From Octopus vulgaris (Eukaryota), in NCBI GenBank assembly GCA_951406725.2, contig OX597815.1, forward strand, positions 109,430,001 through 109,494,000: 64,000 bases of DNA, given 5' to 3'. Positions 1 to 14,107 of the stretch are shown piece after piece. The first letter of the stretch is position 1; every line of letters begins with the position of its first letter. The translations under genes were made by a program, and so were the position numbers. The notes under the pieces were generated by a model, which did no database searches, was not told the origin of the DNA, and worked only from the letters and a program-made list of their open reading frames with translations.

Positions 1-59
1 TACATACGTACATACATACATACATACATACATACATACATACATACATACATACATAC
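1..59. repeat. (TACA)n microsatellite
   Basis: Perfect TACA tandem at window start. Confidence 0.95.
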
Positions 60-155
60 TTCGTTCAAAACTTGGATCTTGTGCTTGGAAAGTAAACCTC
101 GCAAATCCGGTAACTCGTAAAGCTGGTACTCGTAAAGGGAGGTATTATTACTGTA
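60..155. mobile_element. Tigger/pogo-like DNA transposon terminus (relic)
   Basis: Ends CTCGTAAAGGGAGGTATTATTACTGTA, resembling Tigger-type ...GAGGTACCACTG-TA termini; partner end not in window. Confidence 0.4.
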
Positions 156-159
156 TATC

Positions 160-1588
160 TTTTCCTTGTGATCCCATTCAATATTTTAACTTCATGGCTG
201 TTTCAATTCTTAAGCTTCACCAATATTTTTTTGACCCATCAGTTTCAATATGGCCTACTTTGTAGCTGTTTTCATATTTTTTTTATACCCTGTTCCTGAC
301 TGTTCTGGCCACTGCATCATGCCGTACGAGAAGATAATATCCGAAAGACATTCTCTCACAGTTGGCAATAATGTGGTTGATGCCGTCAGGCTTAGTCTTG
401 CACAGCCTAACATTTGTTGTCTGTTAACGTTTTCTGCCTTTTATGTTGTAGTTACTTGGTGAGAATCGCTTGTTCATGGATTGCATGGATGTAGCCTTCG
501 AAGTAGAACGTCATAAACGTGTCGGTACTCTATGCCAAACTTTTGAGATGATCAAGCCTTTCTATGATATGTGTTTTACACACCAAGTACACTCTTTTAC
601 TCTTTTACTTGTTTCAGTCATTTGACTGCGGCCATGCTGGAGCACCGCCTTTAGTCGAGCAAATCGATCCCAGGACTTATGCTTTGTAAGCCTATTACTT
701 ATTCTATCGGTCTCTTTTGCCGTACCGCTATGTTACGGGGACGTAAACACACCAGCATTGGTTGTCAAGCGATGCTGGGGTGACAAACACAGACTCACAA
801 ACACACGCACATATATATATACCTATATACGACGGGCTTCTTTCAGTTTCTGTCTACCAAATCCACTCACAAGGCTTTGGTCGGCCCGAGGCTCTAGTAG
901 AAGACACTTGCGCAGGGTGCCACGCAATGGGACTGAACCCGGAACCATGTGGTTGGTAAGCAAGCTACTTACAACACAGCCACTCCTGTGCCTTTGTACT
1001 ATCTCCTCGATTAACTGGTCTATTTTTTTTCTCTGTCGTTCTGATAAATAGATTTTACCTATGTTCCTTTAGGAGAGAACTATATCAGCTCTTATTTTAT
1101 ATCTATCCTCAAATTTATTAGCCATCCTAATTATTTTATGGGTTTCATGGTCTCAGGTCTCTTTCCTCGGCTGCGGATGTTGTTTCAGTTTCACAATACA
1201 CGCTTCGTATGACATCCATACAGATTTGAGACCACGACCACCATCCTTGCGGGGGAGTATAGCCTCTCTACATCTCCATTTATGCTGAAGTTTCTTCCAA
1301 CACTGAGCAGCTTGCGAATTCCATGTAATACTGAACTGCTCAATGAGTTCTTGAAGTGACTGGTACAGAAGGCCAAATGTAGATGTGAGGACAGGCACTG
1401 CAAAGTTGTTGTGGGCAATATGCTTGTTGTAAGCTGAGAGTTTTGATAACAATATTCTCTCTAGAGTTGTTCATTTCTGGTCTTCTTATTTGTGGGTCCA
1501 TCATATCTGACATTCTCATCTTGTCCATGACTAATAATTATCATCTGACTGTAAATGTTGTATTGTCAAGACGTTCATTCTTAGATTC
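160..1588 (-). mobile_element. Degenerate 5'-truncated R4/Dong-clade LINE, interrupted by a SINE at about 588-988
   Basis: Minus-strand translation with frameshifts: HNNFAVPVLTSTFGLL and RLY.PRKDGGRGL (1153-1452); FEGYIHAIHEQAI, CRLCKTKPDGINHIIANC (CCHC finger) and LLVRHDAVART (about 290-520). Collinear with the ORF at 31238-31975. 5' junction abuts (TATG)n at 1589. Confidence 0.8.
588..988 (-). mobile_element. tRNA-derived SINE, family A (CORE-like), full length
   Basis: Minus strand: A-box-like TGGCTGTGTTGT, B-box GGTTCAGTCCC, CORE-like segment, internal (TA)/(CA) tract, (AAAAGAGT)n tail. Near-identical to 55459-55858. Confidence 0.9.
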
Positions 1589-1682
1589 ATGTATGTATGT
1601 ATGTATGTATGTATGTATGTATGTATGTATGTATGTATGTATGTGTGTGTGTGTGTATGTATGTATTATGTATGCATGCATT

Positions 1683-2076
1683 ATTCTTTTACTTGTTTCA
1701 GCCATTTGAATGCGGCCATGCTGGAACAACGCCTAAAGGATTTGAATTGAAGAAATCGACCCCTGGACTTATTCTTTGTAAGCCTAATACTTATACTATC
1801 GGTCTCTTGCCATACCGCTTAGTTACGGGGAAGTAAACTCACAAACATCGGTTGTCAAGCGATGGTGAGGAGACAAGCACAAACACAAAATAAATGCACA
1901 CACATAAATATATAAATATATATATACGATGGGCTTCTTTCAGTTTACGTCTATCGAATCCACTGTGACCGGTCCGAGGACATAGTAAGAGACACTTGCC
2001 TAATGTGTCAGGCAATGGGACTGAACCCGAAACCTTGTGTCTAGGAAGCAAGCTTCTTACCACACAGCCACGCCTG
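1683..2076 (-). mobile_element. SINE family A copy
   Basis: Aligns along its length to 588-988. Confidence 0.88.
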
Positions 2077-2265
2077 CACTTCGATATATATATAGATGCA
2101 TGTATATACGTATGCTTGTTTGTATGTATTCGGTCAAAGTGTCAAATGAGAACAAATGCTGAGCAACGTGTTTCCGAAGCGAACTTTCGAAATACATTCT
2201 CTCTTACTCTTTCTTTTTCTCTTCCATCTGTTTCTCTCCCCTATCTCTCACACACACATGCACAT

Positions 2266-2323
<58 letters not shown>

Positions 2324-2660
2324 TAGGATGTACTATGAAGCACGGTATGTTACACTTTGATTAAGGTTCAATATCTAAACCAAGTTACTCTCTTATATTC
2401 CTATATTGCACAATTAAGTATGTGAAAGCAGCATATATCTAGTCAGAAGAAGATCAGTATCGTGCTGAAATAATGAAAGGAAATTCAGAAAACACATTAC
2501 TGGTATCATTAATTTGTCTCCTGTGTTTTCTGCGACTACACGCGCCCGCACACATGCTCAGACACAGGCTAGGTTCCTGTATCGAGCCTGTGAAACTTTA
2601 AGTAGCATGGGGCCGAATCAAACTGTTTTAAGCAATAAAAACAACCATAATGATCCTTAC

Positions 2661-2868
2661 TACCATAAGCACAAGGCCGGGAATTTGAAGGAAGGCGGAA
2701 TAGTCAATCACATCGACCCCAGTACTTGACGGGTATTTAATTTATCGACCCCCAAAAGGATGAAAGGGAAAATCAACCTCGGCGGAATTTGAACCCGGAA
2801 CGTAGCGATGGGTGAAGCACCGCTAAGCATTTCGCCCAGCGTGCTTACGATTCTGCCAGCTAGCAGCC
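2661..2868 (-). mobile_element. tRNA-derived SINE, family B
   Basis: Reverse complement of GCTGGCAGAATCG...GTTCAAATTCCGCCGAGG..CCTTTCATCCTTT..GGGGTCGATAAATTAA; matches 57426 copy. Confidence 0.88.
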
Positions 2869-2907
2869 TTAACAACAACATTAATAGACACACATGCGTA
2901 TATATAT

Positions 2908-2938
<31 letters not shown>

Positions 2939-3000
2939 CAGATATCTATCTATCTATCTATATACAGATATATATATATACATATAAATATATGGATACT

Positions 3001-3032
<32 letters not shown>

Positions 3033-3740
3033 CATATATATAAACATACACACACACAAGTATATATGAGCGTGTATGCATGTTTTTATGCATGTACGTA
3101 TTTATGCTTGTATGTATATATGTATGTATGCATGTATGCACGTACTTACTAATGTATATATATATATATATGTTCTTTCATGTTTAGTGCTGTTTGTCTA
3201 GTGTAAATAAAATCTGATTTGACCACTTGGAAATATTTTGAAGAATTCAGAAGCTAGAGGCCGAAGTGTCAAAAATTTAATCTATAACCGTTTGCTCGAC
3301 AAGCTATATTTTGTCGAACTCAATTATGGATTAAACTTACATTTATGTATACGTGTATGTGTGTGTGTGCGTGAATGCGTGTGTGTGTATGTGCGTGTGT
3401 GTCTGTCTGTGTGTGTGTGTGCGTGTGTGTCTGTCTGTGTGTGCGTGTGTGTCTGTCTGTGTGTGTGTGTGCGTGCGTACGCGCTTGTTTGCAAAGAGGG
3501 GAGGAAAAACTGAAAGATAGAAGGGTAGATGGAGCTAAGATAACATATATAAATGACTACCAATATCAATAACGTTTGGGTCATTCGATATATAGATATA
3601 CCTAAGTACAAGGAGTAAATAATAATGGTAATTATAGGAAGAATTACTTGAAAAAGACGGTATTATAAACAGGAAAACGGAAGAAATGTTTACGAGGAAG
3701 TTGGAGAAAGGAGAAAGCAGAGAAGAGTAGGAAAAATAAC

Positions 3741-4191
3741 AGAAGAAGAAGAAGAAGAAGAAGAAGAAGAAAGAGATGATGATGATGATGATGACGACGA
3801 CGACGACGACGAAGAAGAAGAAGAAGAAGAAGAAGAAGAAGAAGAAGAAGAAGAAGAAGAAGAAGAAGGAGAAGAAAGAGAAGATGATGATGATGATGAT
3901 GATGATGACGACGACTACGACGAAGAAGAAGAAGAAGAAGAAGAAGAAGAAGAAGAAGAAGAAGAAAAAGAAGAAAAAGAAGAAGAAATAGAAGATGATG
4001 ATGATGACGACGACGACGACGACGACGACGAAGAAGAAGAAGAAGAAGAAGAAGAAGAAGAAGAAGAAGAAGAAGAAGAAGAAGAAGAAGAAAGAGATGA
4101 TGATGATGATGATGATGATGACGACGACGACGACGACGACGAAGAAGAAGAAGAAGAAGAAGAAGAAGAAGAAGAAGAAGAAGAAGAAGAA
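3741..4191. repeat. Higher-order compound triplet array [(GAT)n(GAC)n(GAA)n] x4
   Basis: Blocks recur in fixed order with a period of about 100-110 bp. Confidence 0.9.
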
Positions 4192-4248
4192 GGGGATGTG
4201 AAGATGGAATAACAAAAATGTGAGACAGAAAAAGCGGTTGAGTGGCAG

Positions 4249-4282
<34 letters not shown>

Positions 4283-4796
4283 AGGAGAAGAAAGACGAGA
4301 CAGTAAACCAGTATGTCGGTAGGTGTCATGTATGGCATGCGTGGTGGTCAAAACTTTCCATGAAATATGACACATGCTTGACCAGGTCAAAACAATTGTC
4401 CAGTGCCCAGTTACTTACCGACTTCAGATCTCTTTTCGTGTGGAATCCATTTATTCTTTTCTTGTTTTATTTTATGTGCGTAATGGCGTCAAGTGCCTGT
4501 TGATTTCTCTATGTCCGCCATTTTATTGTGCCTTGCATCTTTGAAAAACACACTCGTTAGACAAACAACTGCTAGTGTTTTTATTGTTCTACGTTTTATG
4601 GTGGATTCAGACAAACTGATGTATAATTCATTGCTTAGGAGGAAAACAAATATATAATATACAAACAGAAATATATCAATTTGAGGTTACAGAATATATA
4701 ATACTCCATCATACATACATACATATATATATACACACAAAATGAGGCACACACTGGCATGTATATACTTACACATATGTACGTATGTGTGCGCGC

Positions 4797-4855
<59 letters not shown>

Positions 4856-5035
4856 ATACGAACAGATATACATATACGTATGTGTGCTGTCTGTGTGTGT
4901 GTGTGTTTTTCAGATGGTAAATCACTGTCTCTTAAAACAAACTGTGTATCTTGATGTTTGAATGTATATGCTTTTATTATGCATCAAGGATTTATGCGTC
5001 CTTTTGTGAATAGAATATAGTTCAACTTCGCATCT

Positions 5036-5080
5036 GTCTATCTACCTATCTATCTACCTGCCTATCTGGCTATCTATCTT

Positions 5081-5137
<57 letters not shown>

Positions 5138-5139
5138 TC

Positions 5140-5196
<57 letters not shown>

Positions 5197-5210
5197 ACTA
5201 TCTATCTATA
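5036..5210. repeat. (TATC)n microsatellite
   Basis: Direct reading. Confidence 0.95.
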
Positions 5211-5235
5211 ACTATATATGTGTGTGTATATATAC

Positions 5236-5273
<38 letters not shown>

Positions 5274-6808
5274 CATATGTATTATATAAATACACACACA
5301 CACATGTCTGTGTGTGTATGTGTATATGCGTGTCTGCGAGTACTCAAAGGCATATGCGCGCGCACACACACATACACATTCAAACTCTCTCTATCTCTCT
5401 CTCTCACACACACACACGCACACATGAAATATACGCGCTTGCGTGTACATGTGTGCGTGTAAAAACCATTGAATTAGCAGAGTCGTTAAAGCATTGGAGA
5501 AAATGTTTTGCCGTATTTGTTCACAATCCGTCTTATCTAAGTTCTAACCCAGCAAGGACAAATTTTATCTCTCATCCTGTCAAAATTACGGAGAGGTAGA
5601 CTGGCAGAATTGTTTGACTGTTCAATGGAACGTCATGTGGTGCCTACATTTTTGTGACAACGATTGTGACAAAATTTATGTCAAACTGTCTTTCTCCGAG
5701 ACATCAATGGTCCGACTAAGGAAGACGACTACACATGCAGGGTTATTGTTAATCTTCCAGTAAAACTTGTCCAGTCCTACCTTTAGAGAACATTCCAGCT
5801 GCATGCACTTAGACCGCCTACAACAGACGCAAATGTTCAATGATATATGTATAAGTATATGTTTATGCATTTTTTTGTGTGTTTGTGTGTGTGGGGGGGG
5901 CGGTTAGTGCGCGTGCATATGAGTATAAGTGTGTATATGAGTGCATGTGTGTGTGTGTGTATTTATGTGTGTGCATGTGTAAATAGCACCACCTTCTATA
6001 AAAAAAAGTGAGCGTCGTTGTCTTGTTAAAAGTTTTGTATATTTGCTGTTTAAAACGTTGAAGTACATTCTCAGACAGGAGAATATTGGTAAATGCTTGT
6101 TAGAAAGAGTAGATTATGACTTAATGTAGTCGTGACTGTAACATTAAATTACCTCTTGACTCGGAACAATAGTTTCTATAAAGATTTCTGATTAAACTAC
6201 ATTACTAAACTACCTTGAGCCAAACCTGTGCCCAGGATTTAGCAACACTGTAGTAGTAATAGTATACTATAAATATGAACATATATCTTATTAATGGATG
6301 AGAAACTATAATTATTAAATGGATTCCAATAAAAAAATTATCAGATAATGACTGACGATTTCACTAGAGGAATCTACAACTATATGTTAAAGTTTCATGT
6401 TTGTGTAAATTACTCAGCCACTTAGATGCTAAGTTATGGAGTAGGATGATCAATTGATCAATTAAAAGAACAACTGATTACTCGTCATGTTACTCAACGG
6501 CACCTCCATCGTTTCTCACTAAATACATTTCCGTTTTTCTCATTTTTTTTTCTAAAGTGGCCAAAATTTGATAAAATTGTTCACAGAAGAAATGTAAAGA
6601 ATTTTTTTTTAGTAACTCATTCTCTAATTGCCCCCTTTCTCTATTGGTTACAAAAGGTATAAAAATTCAGCATAACCCTAAGCATGCCTCACCAAAATAT
6701 TACTATGCCCCAACAAAATATTACCATGCCCCACGTTGGGAATCACGGACGTAGGGGCTCTCACATTGACATGGTCATTGTTGTAACTACTACTGTGATT
6801 ATTTATAA

Positions 6809-7220
6809 GGTGGCGAACTGGCAGAAACGTTAACATGTCGGGCGAAATGCGTAACGGTATTTTGTCTGTCTTTACTTTCTGAGTTCAAATTTCGCCGAGG
6901 TCGATTTTGCCTTTCATCCTTTCGGGGTCGGTAGATTAAATACCAGTTGCGTACTGGGGTCGATCTAAATCGACTGGCCCCCTCCCCACAAAAAATTTTG
7001 GGTGGTGTGCCTAGAGTAGAAAAGAATCGTTAGCACGCCGGACCACATGCTTAGCGGCATTTCGTCCGTCTTCGTTCCTAAATAATTCCCGCCAAGGCCG
7101 ATTTTGCCTTTCTTCTTTTCATGGTCAATAAAATAAGTACCAGTTGAAGACTGGGATCGGTGTAATCGACTTCCCTCCCTCCTCAAATATTGCTGGCTGT
7201 ATGCCAAAATTTGAAACCGC
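6809..7220 (+). mobile_element. Two tandem SINE family B copies
   Basis: GGTGGCGAACTGGCAGAAACG head, GAGTTCAAATTTCGCC B-box, GCCTTTCATCCTTTCGGGGTCG domain; second head-truncated unit from about 7023. Confidence 0.88.
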
Positions 7221-7695
7221 CATCATCATTAATATGACTAATAGTAGGTGGATATCATTTCAGAATTGGTAGTGCTCCACGTTGGTGCTCCGATAAATAT
7301 CTTGTGGTTTTTACGATTTTTATTAGTATTTTCCGAATTCAAATTTCGTTACTAGTAAAGATTTCACAATGAAATCAGAGACTTCCCAAGCTTTTTATTT
7401 CTTCTTTTTCAGAAAGTTACAGACCAGTTAGTTAATAATGTTCGATTTGAAAATTTCATTATCGATATCTGTACAGAGAGTGTAGGCAGAGTGTTACGCT
7501 GAATCACTGTAACACTGTGAAACAAAGCTTCGAAGAAATAAGACACTGCAAACTATTTGAGTTTATGTATGTTTTGGGGGTAAATGTGCAATTGCTGGCG
7601 AGCAACTGAGGAGTGTAAAAAGAAAATGAGAGTGGGTGGGAGTGACAGGGAGAAAATTATACATGGAGCAAAGAGAAGAAATCGAAATCGATATA

Positions 7696-8167
7696 CAGTA
7701 ATTCCTCGCCATATCACGGTTCACCTATCGCGCACTCAGTACATCGCGGATATTTCTGGCTAATATATGTAAATTTATATCGCAGACTCCTCAGTATATT
7801 GCGGATTTCTACGGCTGATAAGTGTTTATATTTTTTTAGATTTTGATTATTTCTGTGGTAAAAATAAGCATTTTCACACCTAAAAATTAATAAATTAATA
7901 AATAAGAATAGTGTACAGTATAATACATTAAAATATATTAAAAGAAAATTCGTAGAGTACCGTAGATGAGTAAACAAAGAATCGCACATACTGTATGGAA
8001 AAGGAAACTCGGGAGGCGAGTGTGTAGTGTTGTTTTGCACTTATAATAGAAAATATACAAATTATAAAAGTGATAAAAAATATATTCAGTAGAGTACTGA
8101 ATCGCGGATTTTCCCATATCGCGGGAGATTTTGGAACATAAAACCCACGATAGTCAAGGGATTACTG
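7696..8167. mobile_element. Tigger/pogo-like MITE
   Basis: TA|CAGTAATTCCTCG ... CAAGGGATTACTG|TA: imperfect TIRs with TA TSD; related copy at 46747. Confidence 0.85.
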
Positions 8168-8652
8168 TATATTAATATATACGAAAAGAATACTGAGTAA
8201 TCCACAGTTCTGATTAATATAAAAACTCTATGGTGACTGGATGCTTGAAGAGAACGGTGAAATACATAATTTCTTTTGAAATACGAATTTTTTCTGCAGT
8301 GTTTGATCCTTGACATGGTACAAATTTACATAAATGGTATTGGTGGTTCAGGTTTATGCGAAAATATCGTTGAAAGCTTTTTTTGTTTTTTTTTTTTATT
8401 GTACACTTGTCTCCTCTTCTATGGTCAAACTTATTTCATTATAGTTACACCAAAAGCAATACAAATGGGACGAAATCCATAGCCAAGTACTGAAGTCGAT
8501 GTAATCGACTACCTTTAGTATTCTGCTAAAGTATTACTCCAATGAAAAAAAATTAAGAAATCTTAAGATTCTATACCTAATTCACCCTCATTTCCACAAG
8601 AAATATGTTTATATCACTGGACATGAATACGTACATACAAACATACATGAAC

Positions 8653-8770
<118 letters not shown>

Positions 8771-9544
8771 CGCGCGTGTGTGTGTGTGTAAACACACACA
8801 TTCGCGCATATACAGAGACAAGAATATATATAGTATATATAATAACTTTGCGTATATCATTTTTATTGTATAGACAAAAGTAGGACAGCACTCGCCACAG
8901 TATTTTAAAGAAAATTTTTAAGAGAAATTTTTAAAGAAAACTATGTGTTAAAATACACAAAGGTTATTTAGAATGTCGTGGGCGAATTGTCAGGCATAGT
9001 CTGTGAAATCATTCAACTTCCTCTGTGACGAACACTTTCAAAAGGAGATTAAATGAGGTCGAAACACTGCATCTGACAACATTCTGTGCGAACGCTCGAT
9101 TCTTTAACACGCAAGCTATTTCCAGAAGTTTCTTTGAGATAAAATATTATAGTTGGTGCCGTTCTGCGTTTTTATATTCATTGCAAACATTATATACATC
9201 GTTATTTTAGTCTAATCCTCTTTCAAGAACATATATTTATTTCTTAATTTCATACGTCATATACACACACATATACCTACCTACTTACCTGCCTACCTAC
9301 ATACATACATACATACATACATACATACATACATAGGCACATGCATACATGCAGACATAGGCCAACAGATTCATGTGTGTGTGTATGTGTGGATTTAGAG
9401 AGAGATAGAGAAACAGTTGAGTCATATAAATAAATAAATCGAAATATACATTTATGAATATCTAGTATATGAAATAAGTATTGGTGTGTGGGAGTGTGCG
9501 CGCTCGTGTGTATTTGTTTGTGTGTATGTATGTATGTATGTATG

Positions 9545-9575
<31 letters not shown>

Positions 9576-10168
9576 GTAGGTAGGTAGGTAGGTAGGTAGG
9601 TAGGTAGGTAGGTAGGTAGGTAGGTGTTCAAGTCCACATGTGCCCATGAAAGGTGGTTTTTCGTAGAGAAACTGACAGTCAGTCATACATTTTAGTCTCT
9701 ACAGCTTCATTCAACGATTTTTCTCAGCTCCAATAGAATAGGCGTGGCTGTAGGCGAGACGAACTGCATGAGTATTTAACCTGAGGCCACAGCATGTAGC
9801 GTAGTACCGTCACGATACAAGCATGCGACATTAATCGTTGCAGAAAGTTTCCGATACTTTCTAGAACAAAAAAAGAAAAAAAAAATTTAGGATCACTAAT
9901 ATACATCTAGGCAGATGGCATCATACTGGATGATGTTCCTGCTATTCTCAAGAAGAAATGAATTGGTTTCAAAGAAAAATCACAATCAAAATCTTGCTCT
10001 CAGCTATTGAATGCCGCAAGCTTAGTCCTTGTATGGTTCTTAGATATACCTGTATTATATGCAGTTACCCACACATACGCGCGCGCAGTTATTTATTATA
10101 TATGTTTATACGTATTCATAAATACATATATACAAATATCTATGTATATATCTTTATATGTGTGTGTT

Positions 10169-10213
<45 letters not shown>

Positions 10214-11117
10214 GCACACACATACACATGTTTGTGTTTATGTGTGTGTATATATGTGGATATATGTGTATATGTGTGTGTATATATGTGTATCTATGTA
10301 TATGTGTGTTTGTGTGTGTGTATGTGTGTATATATGTGACTGTTGATAATTTATGTCGATTGAGTTGGAATTTAAAACCAAAAGTTTAAGTCAATGTTCA
10401 TGAATTCCCCCTACCATTGCCTGCCAGTTATTCCCTCTCACTATAGCATTCTTTCATTTTGGCGCCTCTTTTTTTTTTTTTTGTCTTTCTATCAGCCTTT
10501 CGATATTTCGATAGAAAAAAGGGCGGGTGTATATAGGGAGAAAAAAAAGAAGGGGTATAAGATAAGGTGTGAATATATGTACGCTTGAGTGTGCTTTTAT
10601 ATATTTGAGGTGGGGGTTACATATACAGGTGTAGACCACATAAACATGTAATTTGTTATTTTTGAAGCACAATTCAGAACAGCAGAACCTGCCGTCACTA
10701 GCGATTGAGTATGCCTTGGAAAAAAGTATATCATGCATTCGTTAGCAAGTAACTCAACAGCCGATAACAAACATTAGCGTACTCTAAGGCGCTTTCTCCT
10801 TGACCCATGGCCACATTCGTGCCGTTGTAAGAAACTGCGTTCGATTTCACTGCAGCTGAACATGAACCTTGTTAAAGGAATAGGGCTGAGTAACAGAAGC
10901 TTATGTTTCATAATTAACAGTTTACAGACAAAACTCAACTCACAGGTATAGTGATAGACAAAATACAATTATAATCAAAATACAAAACACAAACATAAAT
11001 AGAACAAAGCAAAAACGGAAAACAGTTTTTTTTCTATTTCTTTCGATAGATCAGCTAAATTCTACTCGTCGAAACCGACGGAGAACTAGCCACACGCACA
11101 TATACATAAATACATTG

Positions 11118-11152
<35 letters not shown>

Positions 11153-11183
11153 TGTTTTCTCGTTGATGAAATGTACAGAATTA

Positions 11184-11435
11184 TTGAGTTGGTGCATAAT
11201 TATTGTGGCTTTTTTTCAACAAATTTTATTCAGCAAAATCAATAACAATATTTAACAAAAACATCTTTTAATGACGGTCTAACCGTCTGCCACACAAATG
11301 AGAAGCATTAATTGAAGTAGATGGTGAATATGCACCGGAATAATCATTTAAAGATGTTTTTGTTACATGTCGTTAATTGTTTTTGTTGAATAAAATTTAT
11401 TGAAAAAAAGCCGCAATAATTAAGCACCAACCCAA
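11184..11435. mobile_element. Mariner-derived MITE
   Basis: About 90-bp imperfect TIRs (TTGAGTTGGTGCATAATTATTG / CAATAATTAAGCACCAACCCAA), TA on both sides; centre retains a mariner C-terminus-like remnant (ALIEVDGEYAPE*). Confidence 0.85.
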
Positions 11436-11767
11436 TATAAGACAATCAACTGAAACTAACCTCGAAACCATACGATACCTTAATAAAAGAATCCCACTTT
11501 ATATTCATATACGAACTAACTGCATATCACCAAACATTGCCATTAGATAAACAACATGTACCAGCCTTTAAGAATTGGACGAAGTCTTGCAAAATTTTAT
11601 ATTGTAAAGGAACTCTTCAACATTCGTCAATTTATTACGCAGCTAAAATCGAACTAGCTTCATCTTACCGTCATTTATGCAAATGAAATGCCAAATGAAA
11701 GAGATCTTCTATCGGAAATATATTTCTGTTTGTATAGACATAAATAAATGACTTCACATCATACAAA

Positions 11768-11801
<34 letters not shown>

Positions 11802-11826
11802 CATACATACATATATATATATATAC

Positions 11827-11880
<54 letters not shown>

Positions 11881-12095
11881 TTACAAATTTACAAATTCTG
11901 CGGTTGGCTATCGGGTTTGTAACGTTATTTTTTTCTTATATGTCTTGAGTTTGTTGCACTGATGAACATAGAATGCATATTCTGCATTAATTGCGAAATC
12001 ACAGGTAATATGTAACTAAATTCTTTTTTAGTAGTTTTGACCGCATTGGTCCCTCTTAGCGTGCGGTATCTATGAATAGTAGTACCCTCAATATA

Positions 12096-12180
<85 letters not shown>

Positions 12181-12181
<1 letters not shown>

Positions 12182-12380
12182 ACCTCGTGTGTACCGTTGG
12201 CGATTTTTTCCCTCTGTCTTTCCTTCTCTGGATCTTTCCTTCTCCTATGTTTCCGACGAAGAGCTCCGCTCGAAACGTTAAACCCTCCTTCTTTCCTTCT
12301 TTCCTGAGCGTCCAATAATACTATATTTGTTCCACGTCCTCGCGTTGTTGTGTTTTTTGTGCTTTCTTGTTTGGATTAAT
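12181..12380 (+). mobile_element. Short Penelope-like (pLTR) element with hammerhead motif, between dinucleotide tracts
   Basis: Homologous to 47290-47490 (-); contains a hammerhead at 12249-12283. Confidence 0.7.
12249..12283 (+). ncRNA. Minimal type I hammerhead ribozyme motif (U4C variant)
   Basis: GTTT-CCGACGA-A-GAGC tcc GCTC-GAAA-CG-TT-AAAC: stem I GTTT/AAAC, stem II GAGC/GCTC, palindromic AACGTT in place of stem III. Confidence 0.7.
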
Positions 12381-13607
12381 ATATATATATATATATATAT
12401 ATATAAGCATGCAGGTATGTATATACTTATATGAGTAGTTGGTGTTAAATGTATTGCTGACTATATATATGTGTGTGTGTGTGTGTGTATTAACATATAT
12501 GATACGTATCCTTTACACATTAATTCACATGCACATACACACATATATATGTGTGTGTGTGTGTATACACACATACATACGCACACATAGATTTATGTAT
12601 GCAAATGCACGTTTCTTCGTGTGTATCTGTGTGCTTGCGTGTGTGTACATACAATACATGCATGTGTATGTGTCTGTCCACACATATAAACATTCCTTTT
12701 ATCGAACATAGCAGGGGTCCATTAGAGAATCAAGCGTATAAAGCCGAATAACACGCGATCCCCAGAACAATGTCAAAAGTTACTCGGAACAGGTGAATAG
12801 ACGGGTGACAGGGATACCTCTCACTTGTTTGTGTGGCTGGAATTAATCTGGGTAACGGCTGATGTGAAGGCAGTAGAGTGAATTCATCTCAAATAACTTT
12901 CCACGATCTCTTTTCTTTTGATACACATTTATTAGTTTTTATGGGGATTAAGTATATATACGAGTGTATATATATATATAGATAGATAGATAGATGTATG
13001 TACATGTATGTATGCATGTATACACACATATATGAGTACTTGGTGATAAATGTATTACGGTGTGTATGTGTATATGCATCATATATAACCATGTGTAACA
13101 CGTAGCGTTTGCACACTAACGCATATATAAGTGAATATGCATATACATATGGATGTGTGAGTGTGTGTGTTTTCATCCATAAATATTTGCGTATGTTTGT
13201 GTAAATATACATACACACGCATACACACTCACATATGAATTAGCTATAAGTATTCAATAGAACCTAGGCACATCAACACGCAGGGCACCAGGAAACGGCT
13301 TGGTGCAATAACCTAGAGTTCACACTGAGGTAAGCAGTGAACAATGAAGGTATCAAGTGTTGGTAGAATACTGTAGATATACACAATATTTAAACTGTAG
13401 ATCTGATCTTGGATTTGGTTCCACATAAGGCGTAGATATAAAAAGAGAGCACATCAAATATATATATATATTTGTTTGATGCTTGTGAATATATTGTTTA
13501 CACACACACATATTTAATTTTATTACTTATACTTTTTAATATTTGTATACGTTTATTTTACACACATTCTATATTAATTATATTTCTTTGTTTATAATAC
13601 GTATATA

Positions 13608-13692
<85 letters not shown>

Positions 13693-13696
<4 letters not shown>

Positions 13697-14067
13697 GCAG
13701 CGTGGAAGGTGTTTGTAAGCCATTTAAGAAACACACAAAAGCCGTTCGATTCACTTCAACTTTTAAGTTTAATTTGTCAAAATATTTTCGTCGCTAAAAT
13801 CCGCGACCTGTTCACTGACAAAAATCCGTGCTGCATCTGAGGTGACAAAAATCCGTGCTGCTCAGATGCAGCACGGATTTTTGTCAGTGAACAGGTCGCG
13901 GATTTTAGCGACGAAAATATTTTGACAAATTAAACTTAAATGTTGATGTGAATCGAACGGCTTTTGTGTGTCTCTTAAATGGCTTACAAACACCTTCCAC
14001 GCTGCAATTGTTTTCGTTCCAGCACACGATCTCAGATCAAATCACTTGCTATGCGAGTACATCTCCG

Positions 14068-14070
<3 letters not shown>
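13693..14070 (+). mobile_element. Foldback Penelope-like element: 149-bp inverted arms (13693-13841 / 13861-14009) plus tail, between (TA)n tracts
   Basis: Arms differ at about 3 positions; the 19-nt spacer duplicates arm sequence; hammerhead-like motif in the arm. Confidence 0.8.
13880..13929 (+). ncRNA. Type I hammerhead-like motif with G3-C8 swapped core
   Basis: TTTGTCA-GTGAACA-G-GTCGC ggatttta GCGAC-GAAA-ATAT-TT-TGACAAA: 7-bp stem I, 5-bp stem II, palindromic AAAATATTTT. Confidence 0.6.

Positions 14071-14107
<37 letters not shown>

Noticed and set aside
3535-4390. Long poly-F/L/K ORFs
   Set aside because: Triplet microsatellite artefacts.
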